Origin: Takakia lepidozioides
Taxonomy: Eukaryota; Plantae; Bryophyta
Assembly: GCA_030704615.1 (NCBI GenBank)
Contig: CM060732.1
Coordinates: 45,756,001 to 45,820,000, forward strand
Direction of reading: 5' to 3'
Length of the DNA: 64,000 nt
The notes under the pieces are model-generated. The model was not told where the DNA came from. It did not search any database and saw only the letters and a list, made by a program, of their open reading frames with translations. The translations under genes and the position numbers were made by a program. This document shows, piece after piece, positions 24,112 to 37,742 of the stretch. Within the stretch, counting starts at the first letter, position 1; every line of letters starts with the position of its first letter.

Positions 24112-27100
24112 CTAGGGGGAGGGGGGGGGGGGGGGGGGGGGGACGCTAGCCGCGCCCCCAATTTGGGCGCGGCGTTGGGCCTGCACTGCTTTTTGCAATG
24201 CCCAGCCGTGGCAAGATGCATCGTCGTGGGGGGTTGAGACGGGTTTTCTTTTCTTGCGAAGTCGGGGGGTCGTAATTATTTATTTATTTTTTGGCTTTGC
24301 GATGTCGGACGTCGTTGGGGGTGCCAGTGTTGGGTCGCCCTAGAGGGGTTTTTTTTTTTTTTTTTTTTTTTTTTCGAGGGGCCTTGCGGCCCCCAACGTC
24401 AAAAAAACGTCGTTGGGGGCGCCTCGCGCTGGGCCGCCCAACGCTGGGACGCAACGGCATCGCCACAGGGGGTCGCAACGCTGTCGTAGCCAGCTTAGGT
24501 CATCACAAGGATGTAAGTGCAATGCCCTATGTCTCCAAGTGCGTCTCCTATGTCGAGGCCCAAATGCGACCTCTAGGATAGCTATGCCGTTGGCCTAAGT
24601 GTCCATTGTCATCTAAGCCCAAGTGCAAGATCTCCTATGTATCCCAGTGCGTCTCCTATATGGAGGCCCAAGTGCGACCTCTAGGGTAGCCTGTGCCATT
24701 GGCCCATGTGTGAAGAATTGAAATCTAAGACCCAAGAGCAATTTTCTATGTATCGGCCAGTGCCTCTTCTATGTCGAGGCCCATCAAAGCCTAGGTGCAA
24801 TCTTCTATGTTCCAAGTGCATCTCCCATGTAGAGGCCCAAGTGTCGAGTGTCATCTAAGCCCAAGTGCAATCTCCTATGTATCCAAGTGAGTCTCCTATA
24901 TATCCAGGGCGTCTCCCATGTGCGTCTCCTATGTCGAGGCCAAAATGTCCAGTGTCATCTAAGTCCAAGTGCATCAATATATGAAGCAGCCATATCTAAG
25001 CATTTTTTTCCAGAGAGCCTACGACCAGATTTGAACCGGAGACCTTTCCCTTGATATCTCTCATGTCGAGGCTCCAACCATTGTCCCGGCCCATGTTGCT
25101 AATTTTCGTGAATTTCCAGCGACCAAAAGTACGTGAAATTCGTTTTAGCTATATCTCATCGTTTTTTTTCCATAGAGCCAATGACCAGATTTGAACTCGA
25201 GACCTTTCCCTTTATATCTCTCCTGTCGAGGCTCCAACCATTGTCCCAGGAATGCCCATTTTGCTATTTTTTGTGAATTTCCAGCGACAACGGTACCAAG
25301 CACCAGGGCTGGCCCCCGCGGTTTGGGATATCTCAACGTGACAAAACAAAACAAAACAAAACAAACGTCTTGATTCATATATTGACTAGGGTAGCCTCTG
25401 CCGTTGGCCCAAGTGTTAAGTGTCATCTAAGCCCAAGTGCAATCTCCTATGTTTGCAAGTGCGTCTCCTATGTCGAGGCCAAGTGGGTAGCCTCTGCCGT
25501 TGGCCCAAGGGTCCAATGTCATCTAAGTCCAAATGCATTTTTTTTCCACAGAGCCTACGACCAGATTTGAACCGGAGACCTTTCCCTTTATATCTCTCCT
25601 CTCAAGGCTCCAACCATTGTCCCAAGAATTCTCACTTTGCTATTTTTGGGGGAATTTCCAGCGACCCAAAGTACTTGAAATTCCACATCTCCCACACCGC
25701 AGGTCCAAAAATCACCCCTCCTCGTCGAGGGCTTTCCAACGGTACCAAGCACCAGCGTCGGGGCCTCGAGATTGGGACATCTCAACGTTACAAAACAAAA
25801 CAAAACAAAACAAAACAAACAAACAAACGTCTTGCTTCATATGTTGACTAAAGGCCCTATGTTGTTGGCCCAAGTGTCAAGTGTCATCTAAGTCCAAGTG
25901 TAATCCCCTAGTAGGTATCCAAGTGCATCTCCTATGTCGAGGCCCAAATGCGACCTCTAGGGTAGCCTGTGCCGTTGGCCCCAGTGTCCACTGTCATCTA
26001 AGCCCAAGTGTAAGATCTTCTATATATCCCCCTACGTCTCCTATGTTGAGGCCCAAGCGCGACCTCTAGGGTAGCCTGTGCCGTTGGCCCAAGTGTCCAA
26101 TGTCATCTAAGTCCAAGTGCAATCCTCTCTCTATCCAAGTGTGTCTCCTATGTTGAGGCCCAAATGCGACCTCTAGGGTAGCATGTGCCGTGTCAAGTGT
26201 CATCTAAGTCCAAGTGTAAGATCTTCTATGTATCCCAGTGCGTTTCCTATGTCAAGGCCCAAGTGCAACCTCTAGGATAGCCTGTACCCTATGTATCCCC
26301 TATGTATCTAGAGACCCTCCTCTTTGGGAGATCTAGGCCTAGGATAGCCTGCGTCATTGGCCCATGTGTTAAGAATTGAAATCTAAGTCCAAGTGCAATC
26401 CCCTATGTATTCAAGTAGCGTCTCCTACGTCAAGGCCCATGTGTGAAGAATTGAAATCTAAGCCCAAGTGCAATCTTCTATTCATGTTTCCAAGTGCATC
26501 TCCCATGTACAGGCCCAAATGTCCAATGTCATCTAAGTCCAAGTGCAATCCCATATCTGATTTTTTTATTTTTTATTTTTATTTTTTTTCAGAGAGCCTA
26601 CGACCAGATTTGAACCGGAGACCTTTCCCTTGATATCTCTCCCGTCGAGGCTCTAACCATTGTCCCAGGAATGCCCATTTTGCCATTTTTGCTATTTTTT
26701 TATGAATTTCCAGCGACCAAAAATACTTGGAATTCCGTATCTCCCACACTGTAGGTCCAAAAATCCTGAGACCAAGGCGGTGCACCCCTCCTCCTCGAGG
26801 GCTTTCCATCGGTACCAATCACCAGGGCTGGGGCCATGCGGTTTGGGACATCTCAACGCTACAAAATAAAACAAAACAAACAAACGTCTCGATTCATATA
26901 TTGACTAGGGTAGCCTGTGCCGTTGGCCCAAGTGTCCAGTGTCATCTAAGTCCAAGTGCAATCCCCTATATTGTATCAAAGTGCGTCTCCTATGTCGAGG
27001 CCCAAATGCAACCTCTAGGGTAGCCTTTGCCGCTGGCCCAAGTGTCCAATGTCATCTAAGTAAGTTTTTTTCCACAGAGCCTATGACCAGATTTGAACCG

Positions 27101-28506
27101 GAGACCTTTCCCTTGATGTCTCTCCCGTCGAGGCTCCAACCATTGTTACAGGAATGCCCACTTTGCCATTTTTGTTTTTTTTTTTTCCGAATTTCCAGTG
27201 ACCAAAAGTACTTAGAATTTCGTTTCTCCCACACCGTAGGTCCAAAAATTGTGAGACCAAGCCCGTGCACCCCTCCTCGTCGAGGGCTTTCCAACGGTAC
27301 CAAGCACCAGCGCCGGGGCCTTGCGGTTTGGGACATCTCAAAGTGACAAAACAAAACCATACAAAACAAACAAAACAAACGTCTCGATTCATATATTGAC
27401 TAGGGTAGCTTGTGCCGTTGGCCCAAGTGTCCAGTATCATCTAAGCCCAAGTGTAAGATCTTCTATGTATCCAAGTGCACCTCCTATGTAGAGGACCAAG
27501 TGCGACCTCTAGTGTAGCCTATGCCGTTTGGCCCATATGTGAAGAATTGAAATCTAAGACCAAGTGTAATTTCCTATGTATCCAAGTGCATCTCCCATGT
27601 AGAGCCCCAATTGTCCACTGTCATCTAAGCCTAAGTCCAATCCCCTATGTATGCAATGCAATTTCCTATGTATCCAAGTGCGTTTCCTATGTCGAGGCCC
27701 AAATGCGACCTCTAGGGTAGCTTGTGCCGTTGGTCCAAGTGTCCAGTGTCATCTAAGTCCAAGTGCAATCCCCTATGTATCCAAGTGCGTCTCCTATGTC
27801 GAGGCCCAAATGCGACCTCTAGGGTAGCCTGTGCCGTTGGCCCAAGTGTCCAATGTCATCGAAGCCCAAGTGTAAGATCTTCTATGTATCCCAATGCTTC
27901 TCCTATGTCGAGGCCCAAGGGCGACCTTTAGTGTAGCCTATGTCGTTTGCCCCATATGTGAAGAATTGAAATCTAAGACCAAGTGTAATTTCCTATGTAT
28001 CCAAGTGCATCTCCCATGTAGAGCCTCAATTGTCCACTGTCATCTAAGCCCAAGTATCTAGTGCAATTTCCTATGTATCCAAGTGCGTCTCCTATGTCAA
28101 GGCCCAAGTGCAACCTCTAGGCCCTAGGATAGCCTGTGCCGTTGGGCCGAGTTTCCAATGTCATCTAAGTCATTCAAGTCTAATCAGTTTTTTTCCACAA
28201 AGCCTACGACTAGATTTGAACCGGAAACCTCTCCCTTGATATCTCTCCCGTCGAGGCTCCAACCATTGTCCCAGGAATGCCCACTTTGCCATTTTTGCTA
28301 TTTTTTGTGTTTTCCAGCGACCAAAAGTACTTGGAATTCGACATCTCCCACACCGCATGTCCAAAAATCGTGAGACCAAGCCCGTGCACCCCTCCTCAAC
28401 GAGGGCTTTCCAACGGTACTAAGCACCAGCGTCTGGGGCCTCGCGGTTCGGGACATCTCAACGTGACAAAACAAAACAAAACAAACAATCTTCATTCATA
28501 TATTGA
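24112..28506 (-). mobile_element. Non-autonomous Helitron tandem array
   Basis: On the minus strand it starts A|TCAATATATGAAT (28506) and ends with hairpin GCCGCGCCC...GGGCGCGGC followed by CTAG|T (24112). Internal ~100-bp units carry hairpin+CTAG, and there are repeated 5'-end modules. Confidence 0.8.
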
Positions 28507-31269
28507 TGTATGTCTGTATTATATATTTGGGTTTTAATCAGTGAACATACATCAAGATAAAGGCACCAATGTGTGGTCTTCCTTAAGAGAGGAGCCAATT
28601 ATTTAAAACAATAGAACAATAAAAGGTTAACACCTCGACTCCATGTTGTGGCCATACATATCAATAATAAAATACAAAAGAGAAATATATGATGTTTAGA
28701 TATTTTTGGATAACCTTCACACCTAACATTTCTAGCTATAAAATTAGCTTTAGACTTGCGCATGTAATTTGATTAGAAAACATATGCGAGACAAGAAAAG
28801 AAATACAACATGGCTTTTTTTGGACCTATTTTTCTAAATAAGGACCAATTTTTACTATTTTGGAATAGTTGGATGTGTTGCACTCCTAAATCTTTGGAGA
28901 AATTGTGGGGGTTGGAGAAGTTGGCTGATAGACAATCTAGACATATGTGTTGTCAATAGGGATAGACAATTTTTTAAAGCATGAAATCATGCATGGCAGA
29001 GTACGTTCAATTTGGGTGTTTTTCATGTGTTGTTGATCATCCTCTTGTTACATTGGATAGAACCCGACCTAGAAAATCAAATGACCACATCCATGTTTTT
29101 TAGTTTTGAGCAAAGCAAGGGGTTGTATAGTGATCATTTATGTGATGGAAAACAAGTACATCAAAGCTCAATATCGCCCTCTTTGATCATTGCAATGGAA
29201 GTCTAGTTAGCTGATTAGACCCATGTTCGCACTTTGAGAATTATGGATTTGGCCGCACCATTAAAATTCGGAACTTCTCAAAGACGAGTGGTATGGTACC
29301 GATGCCTACATGCTGGAGGTTATCTAATTCCATATCCGCATGAAGGGTTACAGTTGTTTGGTGGATTCTCCAGTGATGGCAGATGTTTTTTTTCATTCCT
29401 TTCTATTCAGGAGTGGATGCTCTACAATATCTCTATGCCGACAACAAAAAAGAATGTAGGACAATATGGCAAAGAACTAATGTCTTGGTTGCATTGGAAA
29501 TCAAGACATTGGTGGCGGTGACATGGAGGTAAGGACCAATTTCTGACTGCATGAAGCATAGCATGAAACTTTAGCAAGGAGCCGACGGATGCAGGTCATT
29601 GGGGCACTAGCCGTTTCTCCTTACCAGAGCTTTGTGAACGTGACAACAATGGTGCTTGAGTGAAATCCATGGATAAATTCTGGGCAGGCCATTCCTTACC
29701 CGACGGGATTTCATCCTTCTACAACAGAAAGCTTAAATGCAGGGATTGCCAAAGTAGGAAGTTCTTGATGCTTGAAAAACAAGATACATAATAGTCACGC
29801 TGTTCACGTCTAATTTGTATTCTCTCCAGTAACGAGCAGTCAACATCAATTTGACCAACTGTCACTAATTCAAAATCAAACTACTCATGATGAAGGTGTG
29901 TGGATGTAATTGTTGCAATCCTACACATCTCTCTTTGCATTCTCAGGATCTTTAGGTCGCAAGATGGTTGAAAGCATGCGGGACATTCTTCTGCAACAGT
30001 GTCTAGATGCTGGATCGTTCGGATGTTCTCTGCTTGATTGTAGTAAGATTAAATGCGATCACAATCCAGAGCCTGTTTACAACGACCTTTTGCATGCAGA
30101 TTTTGGTCTTCAACCAAGAGGAGATACTACCACTCGTTGCTCAGCGTTTGATTAAATAATAGCAAGGATGCATACCGGTATTTTTCATGATGATGATGCC
30201 TACACACAATACACATGGCATCTCCCCATAGACCCTACCAAATACTCTGTTTTTTTCCCGGAGGAGGAAATCAAAGGATGGATTGATTGTACATGACGCC
30301 TTGCAAGAATACTCAAACATCCAAATATTAGATATGCGTAATAACCTCATTTCTCTTATTCCAAATTTATTGTATAAACATCCTCATAGCAGCCCAGTGG
30401 GAAATAGTTCGAGAGATGCTTTTGACATTAGTATTGAGGAGGTTCTAAAGATGGTGACAGCTACAAAGAAAATGTAATTTGATGTTTGTGATGAAATCTA
30501 AACATCTATGTCATAGATTTATATGTCCATTTATTTATCCTACAGATAAAGGGTAAAGGCCAATATTTTTGACCGGATAAGGATAAATACCGGGTAGGGA
30601 TAAATGATTTACCCTTTTTATACCCGCCGGGTAAATAAAGGATATATTGAAGGATATATATATATATATATATGCTCAACTAAAAAAAAACTAATTAATT
30701 TAAGGTAATCAATTTTTGGTCTAACTTTTGGTTTAGTATGAGCTTGGTTGATAAGTTGTATCATATGTTGTGAATAATATGAGGGATGATCATGTGCGTG
30801 TTTCTTCACACCAAAGCTAATAATCAAACAATGCGAGATGGCTTGAATATACTTGCAATCCATACCTCGACCTCTCACAAGCACACATGGGCCTCCACCT
30901 CTCACAACTAACCTAATCTAGCTATCATAGTAAGATAGGCTAAATTAAATATGACATCCACCAGCTCCTTATTCATTTTCATCTGAATTGTCACTAACAC
31001 GTTTCATCAAGTAAAAATGATAGCTGCAACACAAGGAGAATCCATGACCCGACATAGATGTAGATGGAAAGACACCCATTTTAGTCTATTATTCATTCGA
31101 TTCCATGGACTTGTGGGAGCAACATAATATAATACCATGCAGCATTGGCATAAAAATTGTGTGTGCCATCACTGATCATCTCTGTATGTTTTCATGTGTA
31201 CTCTGCGAAAGACCGAGTCTTGTCGTGCACAACTTGCCAGACTTTGTATGCTCTGACCATTGTCCATTC

Positions 31270-31480
31270 GAATAGTTCCCATTGTACAAGTTGATGGTGT
31301 TCGACGAGTGGTTGAACGGTATACCAGTTGCCTATATCATATCCGCGAGGAATCGGACCATTGACCTAGTGCCGTGGATGGTAGCCTTGCGCGATTCACT
31401 CCTCGGAGCTATGCCTAACTGGCGACCCAATGCCTTCATTGTGGACGATGCTGACGAGGTAGAAATTAACGCAATTCGGT
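31270..31480 (+). pseudogene. MULE transposase exon fragment
   Basis: FPLYKLMVFDEWLNGIPVAYIIS...WRPNAFIVDDADEVEINAIR followed by a GTAAG donor; typical MULE catalytic region. Confidence 0.75.
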
Positions 31481-31549
31481 AAGTCTGCTATCCCACAACG
31501 CCAGTCCATTGATGAAGTCCACAATGCCCGTCCATTGCTGTAACTCGTA

Positions 31550-33656
31550 AAAGAATTTATAAAATCTTGTGACATGTGTGCTAGGGCGAAGAGACCACGA
31601 CCTCAACCTTACGGCCTTCTTCAACCATTACCCATTCCCAAGGGTCCATGGTCGTCCTTGTCTATGGACTTTATTACGGACCTTCCAATTTCCAAGACCA
31701 CCGACTCAATCCTTGTTATTGTGGATCATTTTACGAAGATGACACATTTAATTCCATGTAATAAGACGGTTACAGACGAGGAAACTGCAAGACTCTTCCT
31801 CAATAATATCTACCGCATTCATGGACTCCCAAATGACATCGTATCTGATCAGGACCACAATTCATATCAAATTTCTGGAGGGGATTATTTCACATATTGG
31901 ATACTAAGATCAACCACTCTACAGCTAATCATCCACAAACTGATGGTCAAACCGAACGCGTAAACCAAATTTTGGAGCAGTATATTCGCTGTACGATAAA
32001 TTATCACCAAGATAATTGGACGGACCTTCTGCCCTTGGCTGAGTTTACCTACAACAACATTATACATTCTTCGACCAAACAAACTTCATTTTTCTCCAAT
32101 TATGGTCATCATCCTCGAGCAAACTATTTCCACATAAAGACTGTCAAAAGCCCTGTTGCAGAATCCTTGCTACTCATCTTGCTACGATTCACAAGGAGCT
32201 TACATTCCATCTAGCAGAAGCTAAAAAATAATATAAGGATTATGTAGATCAACATCGACAACTTCAACCCCAGTTCAAGGTCGGAGATCGTGTGTGGCTT
32301 CTTTGACGGGACATACAAACCTTGCGACCATCAAAGAAGTTGGATTATCAACGCCTATGACCATTCAAAATTGTTCGACAAATAAATCCGGTCAGTTTTT
32401 GGCTTGAACTCCCACGAAGTATGCACATCCATCCAGTCTTTCATGTTTCATTATTGGAGTTGTATCATCCATCGAATATTCTAGGGAGAATTTCCGTACC
32501 ACCTCCACCAATCAAAGTCAATCAGAAAATCGAGTATGAAGTCGACGAAGTCATAGATTCTCGCATCAAGTATAAACGTCTTGAGTATTTCGTACATTGG
32601 AAAGGCTACGACATCAGTGAATGAACGTGAGAACATTCATCCAACCTCACCAATGCATCTGACAAAGTCCAAGAGTTTCATCAACGATATGCAGCTAAGC
32701 CCCGAGCTACACGTCAATAAGACGTCACAACGATGATGTCAGCCAAATAATATTGCATCTTGTATTGACAGCATGAAGTCACAAAAACCAGATACATTGG
32801 AGTTGTCGCTTACACAATTACCAGATCAGCCGTTCCGACTCTCATGACCTTCAACATCACGCCGACGTTCTCGAGACGATGAGCCACCAATGCGACGCAT
32901 TCTTCCTCGTCTGGACCTCGTACGACGGCAAGATGAGCCTACTCGAAGTCTGATAATCTTGCTGGAGGTTGAGGCTTCGAACCCAGTCTTCAACTCTATG
33001 CAAGTCCAAGATTTTACCGCTCCTCGAGGAACTCGGCGCTAGAGGAGAGGGCGATGTCACGGACATAGCCCATAGGAACTTACCAGGAATAAATACCAAA
33101 ATTACCAAGTTACCATGGTACCGAAAGTTACCGTGATTTATCATGATTTACCATGATTTATCATAAGTTATCACTAGTTATCAAATTACCAGGAGTTTAT
33201 CAAATTACCGAGAGTAACTGGAGAAACTGCTCATGAAGCTTCCTTTGGAGGAAACTCCTCCATCAAGATACCTCCTTTGTTGAAGGAAACTTCTCCATCA
33301 AGAAATCTCCATTGGGGAAGCTACTTCCTAGTAGCCAGTATATATAGGAGGCGAGACTAGACACTTTTAAGTCTGCCAACACAAGTTCAAACTACTCTTG
33401 TTCCCAGTCCTAGTACTCCAGTCCAGCTTCCAGTATTGTAGTCTAGTTTCCAGTATCTGGTACCCTAGTTCAATTTCCAACATTCAAGTATTCGAGTCGA
33501 TTTCCAGTATCTTGTACTCTTGTCCATTGTTATAAAAATCATCTTGATTCATGTTTACCCGTCATGCATTCGGCCATGCCGACCTTGACTTCTTGTCTAG
33601 TCTTGTATCTCTAGTTTGATATCTTGTTTTGTTCAATCATGTTCTCGTCCTTGACA
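31550..33656 (+). mobile_element. Chromovirus (Ty3/Gypsy) 3' remnant: integrase, GPY/F, chromodomain, PPT, LTR
   Basis: [53 protein letters not shown], chromodomain [10 protein letters not shown]...[22 protein letters not shown] at ~33041-33051. Confidence 0.92.
33055..33656 (+). repeat. LTR (602 bp) of the chromovirus
   Basis: Inverted termini TGTCACGGAC ... GTCCTTGACA directly after the PPT. Confidence 0.88.
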
Positions 33657-34260
33657 CCTGTCACCTTTTTTGTAGAGAAAGGTAATGACTCCCTACGATA
33701 GTTCTGACGGCATCTTGCCCAGCAGTTGATTTGATTGGCCATTGCACAAAAAACATTAGAGATGTGCATCCAAAGAGCTTTGTAGAATTCAGCCGACATT
33801 CCGTCAATACCCGGGGTTTTGTTATTGTTCATGAGGTTAAGGGCATTTTCCAGCTCCATAGCAGAGGTGCTGCCAAATGCTCCAGTTCGAAATGGTCTAG
33901 TTTTCGGGGTATGGCTTGAAGGCCTAAGTTGAGCTGATGGAGTTTGTGACGGTTGGCTGGGTTAGCTTGAAAAAACAATTGGAAGTGAGAAAAAGCTTGG
34001 CCGCACATATCTTTGGGGTTAGAATATTTGGCTCCATTGTTGTCAATGAGAAGCTCTGAAATGTGTTGCAGGGCTCTTCTTTGTTTCATCTTTTGAAAAA
34101 AATATTTTGACATCTTTTCTCCCTTACAAGACTAGTTAATCCATGCCTGCAATTGCATTTTCTTCTCCTGCAGGTGTTGGAAGCTCCCCAGATTGAAGCG
34201 AGCTTCAAGGTAGGTTTTGAAGGTATGACTATCGCACGAATCCGATTTTATTTTTGTCTG
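33657..34260 (-). mobile_element. L1/Tx1-type LINE ORF2 fragment, truncated by the LTR
   Basis: SKYFFQKMKQRR...; ELENALNLMNNNKTPGIDGMSAEFYKALW; ITFLYKKGD ends at the LTR boundary. Confidence 0.8.
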
Positions 34261-34553
34261 GCAAATCCCAAGGACGTAATTATTTATAGATAGCAAGTTT
34301 TGTCTGCGCCCTTTATTTTCTAATTTCCTTCTTTGGCGCCAAAAATGGATGAAAACTTGTTGGATGTTATGAATGTTATGTACACTAATTCCATCATTTT
34401 TATAAATTTGAGCAGTCTCATTTCAGTTTGGGCCGCATGTCAAAGCCATAATAGGCACACACAATTTCTGCCAAGTAAGACACCTTAAAAGCGGCAAAAC
34501 TTGCTATCTATTAATAATTACCTAATATATTAGATAAATACATTTGACATGAC

Positions 34554-35823
34554 GAGCGATGCTACGGCGTGAGCGGTGAGCGCACGCTCACGCGGGGCTG
34601 ACGTGGCGTGAGCCCACGCTCAGGCCACGTCAGTGCGAGCGAAGGCCATGTTAGCAAATGCCAGAGGACGGGGGGTCGAAGAAAGATAACCTATTCCCGC
34701 TGGATCTATAACCGTGGGAATAGGCATGTACAATATTTTGAAATTAGACCCCACTATGACAGAAGAGCACATGGCTGCAATGAATAGATAGGATTGTCAG
34801 CTGCTGACCTATGTTGCATATTGCAAACAAGACGATACCATTTTGAGGCAATTGCAAGAAAAACGAAAAAAATTTCTCCTGAAAGTGGTGTGCGGCACCA
34901 CACACCACTTTCAATGGCATCTGCGGGAAAAAAAAAAACCCCCAAAAAAACCCTATAAAAAACCCCTAAAAGTGGTGTGCGGTGATGTGCGGCACTGCAC
35001 ACCGCACACCACTTTCTAGAAAGAAACAAACCCTAAACAACCCTAAGAAAAACCCCCAAAAAAACTTTAACCCTCAAAGTGGTGTGTGGCACCGCACCCT
35101 ACTTTTAGTGGCATCTGCGGGAAAAAAAAAAAAAAAACCCTAAAAACCTAAAAGAACCCTAAAAAAAGAAAAAAGAAATCCCCTGAAAAGGGGTGTGCGG
35201 CACCGCACACTAAAAAATAACCTTAAAAAACCCTAAAAACCCTTAAAAACCTAAAACCCCCCCCCCCCAAAGGGAAAAAAACAAATTTTGAAAAGGGGTT
35301 TGTGGCACCGCACACCTCTTTCAGTGGCACCGCACACTAAAACAAACCCTAAAGAAACCCTATAAACCCCCCCCAAAAAAACCCTTGAAAGTGGTGTGCG
35401 GCACCACAGACCTCTTTTAGTGGCAGCTGCGGGGAAAATAAACCCCCCCCCCTAAGAAACCCATAAGAAAACCCTAAAAAACCCAAAACCCAAAAAACAA
35501 GAAAAAAATTCAGTGGCATCTGCGGGGAAAAAATCCCTAAAAACTCTAAAGAAACCCTAAGTAAACCCTAATTACCCATCCACTATACCACCTTCCCCTT
35601 AATTACTAATATTCATTATACCCATTGTCAATATCGCAGCAATCGGTTGGATCCTTGGCAAGTGTGCTCTTCATATAGTCTTGTCACTTGCATGCCTACA
35701 AGGACATCCTGCCCGCGGTTATGGGTGCTATCCGCGAAATTGCGTACAATACATTTTTGCAAAATCCTAGGGTAGCTCCGCTCATGTGAGCATAGGCTCA
35801 CCGCTCACGATCTACCATCGACC
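34554..35823. mobile_element. Non-autonomous TIR element related to the 8620-19960 MULE ends
   Basis: TIR CGATGCTACGGCGTGAGCGGTGAGC vs reverse complement CGATGGTAGATCGTGAGCGGTGAGC. Shares GGCGTGAGC and GCCACGTCAG with the MULE termini. No clear TSD. Confidence 0.7.
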
Positions 35824-36613
35824 AAGTATTATTCTTCAATAGTGGTATATCCTTAGACACCATGCGCTTTCAAGCAAAACCTTTGAGTGGAAGTGGAGTT
35901 CTATATTCTCATACGGTTCCTCAACGAAGGTATAGTGTTTTAAATGTATATTTTTTTGCATTTGCAACAACCAAATATAATTCTTCAAACGTAATATGGT
36001 TCTTTGCAAGTGTAAAGAAGGAGTTTTGCAATTTGTGTTGGAAAGATATTAACTCAACAAGTGATAACAAAGATAAAGTTTCTTTAAAGAAAGAAAGAGG
36101 ACTCCTCTTGAAAGGAGCCTGCACTATAGTGTCTCTTCATCCCAAAGGATATTTAGTATTGCCTCCCCAAAGCCAAAATCCTTCACCGACCAAACTACAT
36201 AATCCCTAAATCAGTGCCCAAGGCACATTAGAAACCTACTTCGGCGGCTACTCAATTACAATGGTATCTTGCTTGCTGTGATTTACCTTTACAAAACTGA
36301 AAAATCAAACGTTTTCAAATTGGCATCATGTTCACGGTATGAACATGAGACATGATCATGATCTCCCCGAAGTTGGTTCAACCAAAAATGGGTCACATAG
36401 GCACTTGAGGTTTACATATCACAATTTTTCAAAATAAAATAAAATGCAAGATCCCAAATATATATATATATGTACGCATAACTATCCATAAGCACTGAAG
36501 TGAATGTCGTTTTGCAGAGTGGATTGGCCCTACTCTTTCATGAAGGTAGGGGAAGGTAGGGGACTACGCATGGGTATGAGTCCTAAGATAAATCATGGGT
36601 TGGAGGAAGGAAC

Positions 36614-37339
36614 CAGTGTTGGGCGGTTATGAACATTGGCCGGTTATAACCGCCTGTTATTAGACCGGTGATATATATATCTATCCGGAGGAGGTGCAAA
36701 AATAAAAAAACCGGATAAAAACAGATCCGGCGGAGGCTAGGGGTTGAGATAACTGGTGGGCTTCGAGAACCGGCGAGCAAGTTTGGTTTTTTATTTATTG
36801 GTATCCGGCCATGGCCTTAAAAAAGGACCCGGTTATCAATAAATAGTGTCAGCATATACCCTTGCTAAGATTAATGTGACACCAATCTGGTAACTAAGAT
36901 GTCCATTATTGATCATCTGGATGATGTAGTTTCAACGGCTAACCATCTTGCATGGCTGGTCAATCCTTGCTTGGCATTTATTTAAGCTTTATTTTTAAAA
37001 TATTTCATCATTTCAATATATGTAATTTTTTATTTTATAAATAGTTCATTTACATGACCGCAATATAACCGTTTTAAGGACCGCCGGTTATCTACCGGTT
37101 ATGAAGTATATTGAACTTCCAGAACCGGTTCAAAAAACTGCCTGTGTTGCAAAGGTCTTTAATAACCGGAATTGAACTTAACCGAGTTTTTTGAAAACAT
37201 CAAAGAACCGCCTCCTCCGGCAGGTTATTTAATTTTTCTTTTCTCCATTTAACCGCCTCGGAAGGTTCTAAAGAAGTGGCAATTGGCAAAGAACCTGCAG
37301 TGGAGGAGCTCATGAAAACCTGATAACCGCCCAACACTG
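36614..37339. mobile_element. hAT-type MITE (726 bp)
   Basis: Perfect 17-bp TIR CAGTGTTGGGCGGTTAT; 8-bp TSD GAAGGAAC at 36606-36613 and 37340-37347; internal AACCG/CGGTT repeats. Confidence 0.93.
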
Positions 37340-37742
37340 GAAGGAACATTGCTATTAGTATCGATAACTAAAGTATGAGGATGGATGAATGTTACACCAA
37401 GCCATGGCTCATCAATGTCAAAACCAGATTGATCCTCTTGTACCTTCCCATCTCGGTGGTAATAACTGGTATGAAGGGGTCCCATCCCTTTTTTCATACC
37501 AGGCTGGTATAGGTGTCTTGTTATGATGGCTGAAAGTAGATGTTACGAGTTCTTCATATGTTATGGATCATAGTAGACCCATTCTCAACGTGTACACAGA
37601 CTACCGTATCGTCTGTATTGTTATAGATGTATGTATGTATGTATCTACATGCAGGTGATTACTGTAGTGATTACTTTGTATTGTCGTACGGAATATATAC
37701 GAAGGTCTCATCCTGGAAGCAACAGTGCAGTGCAGGCCAGCC

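Noticed and set aside
25010-25090. Functional tRNA genes
   Set aside because: Only A/B-box-like and T-arm similarity; no convincing cloverleaf, and embedded in a repeat.
24848-28537. Many short ORFs (MSSKSKCN..., MFCFVLF...)
   Set aside because: Translations of the tandem Helitron repeat; no protein motifs.
28900-30480. Fragmentary ORFs that may be a decayed TE gene
   Set aside because: No recognisable motif could be assigned by eye.
34930-35570. Interstitial telomere
   Set aside because: AAACCCT motifs are scattered among A/C runs inside a TIR element, not a tandem (CCCTAAA)n tract.
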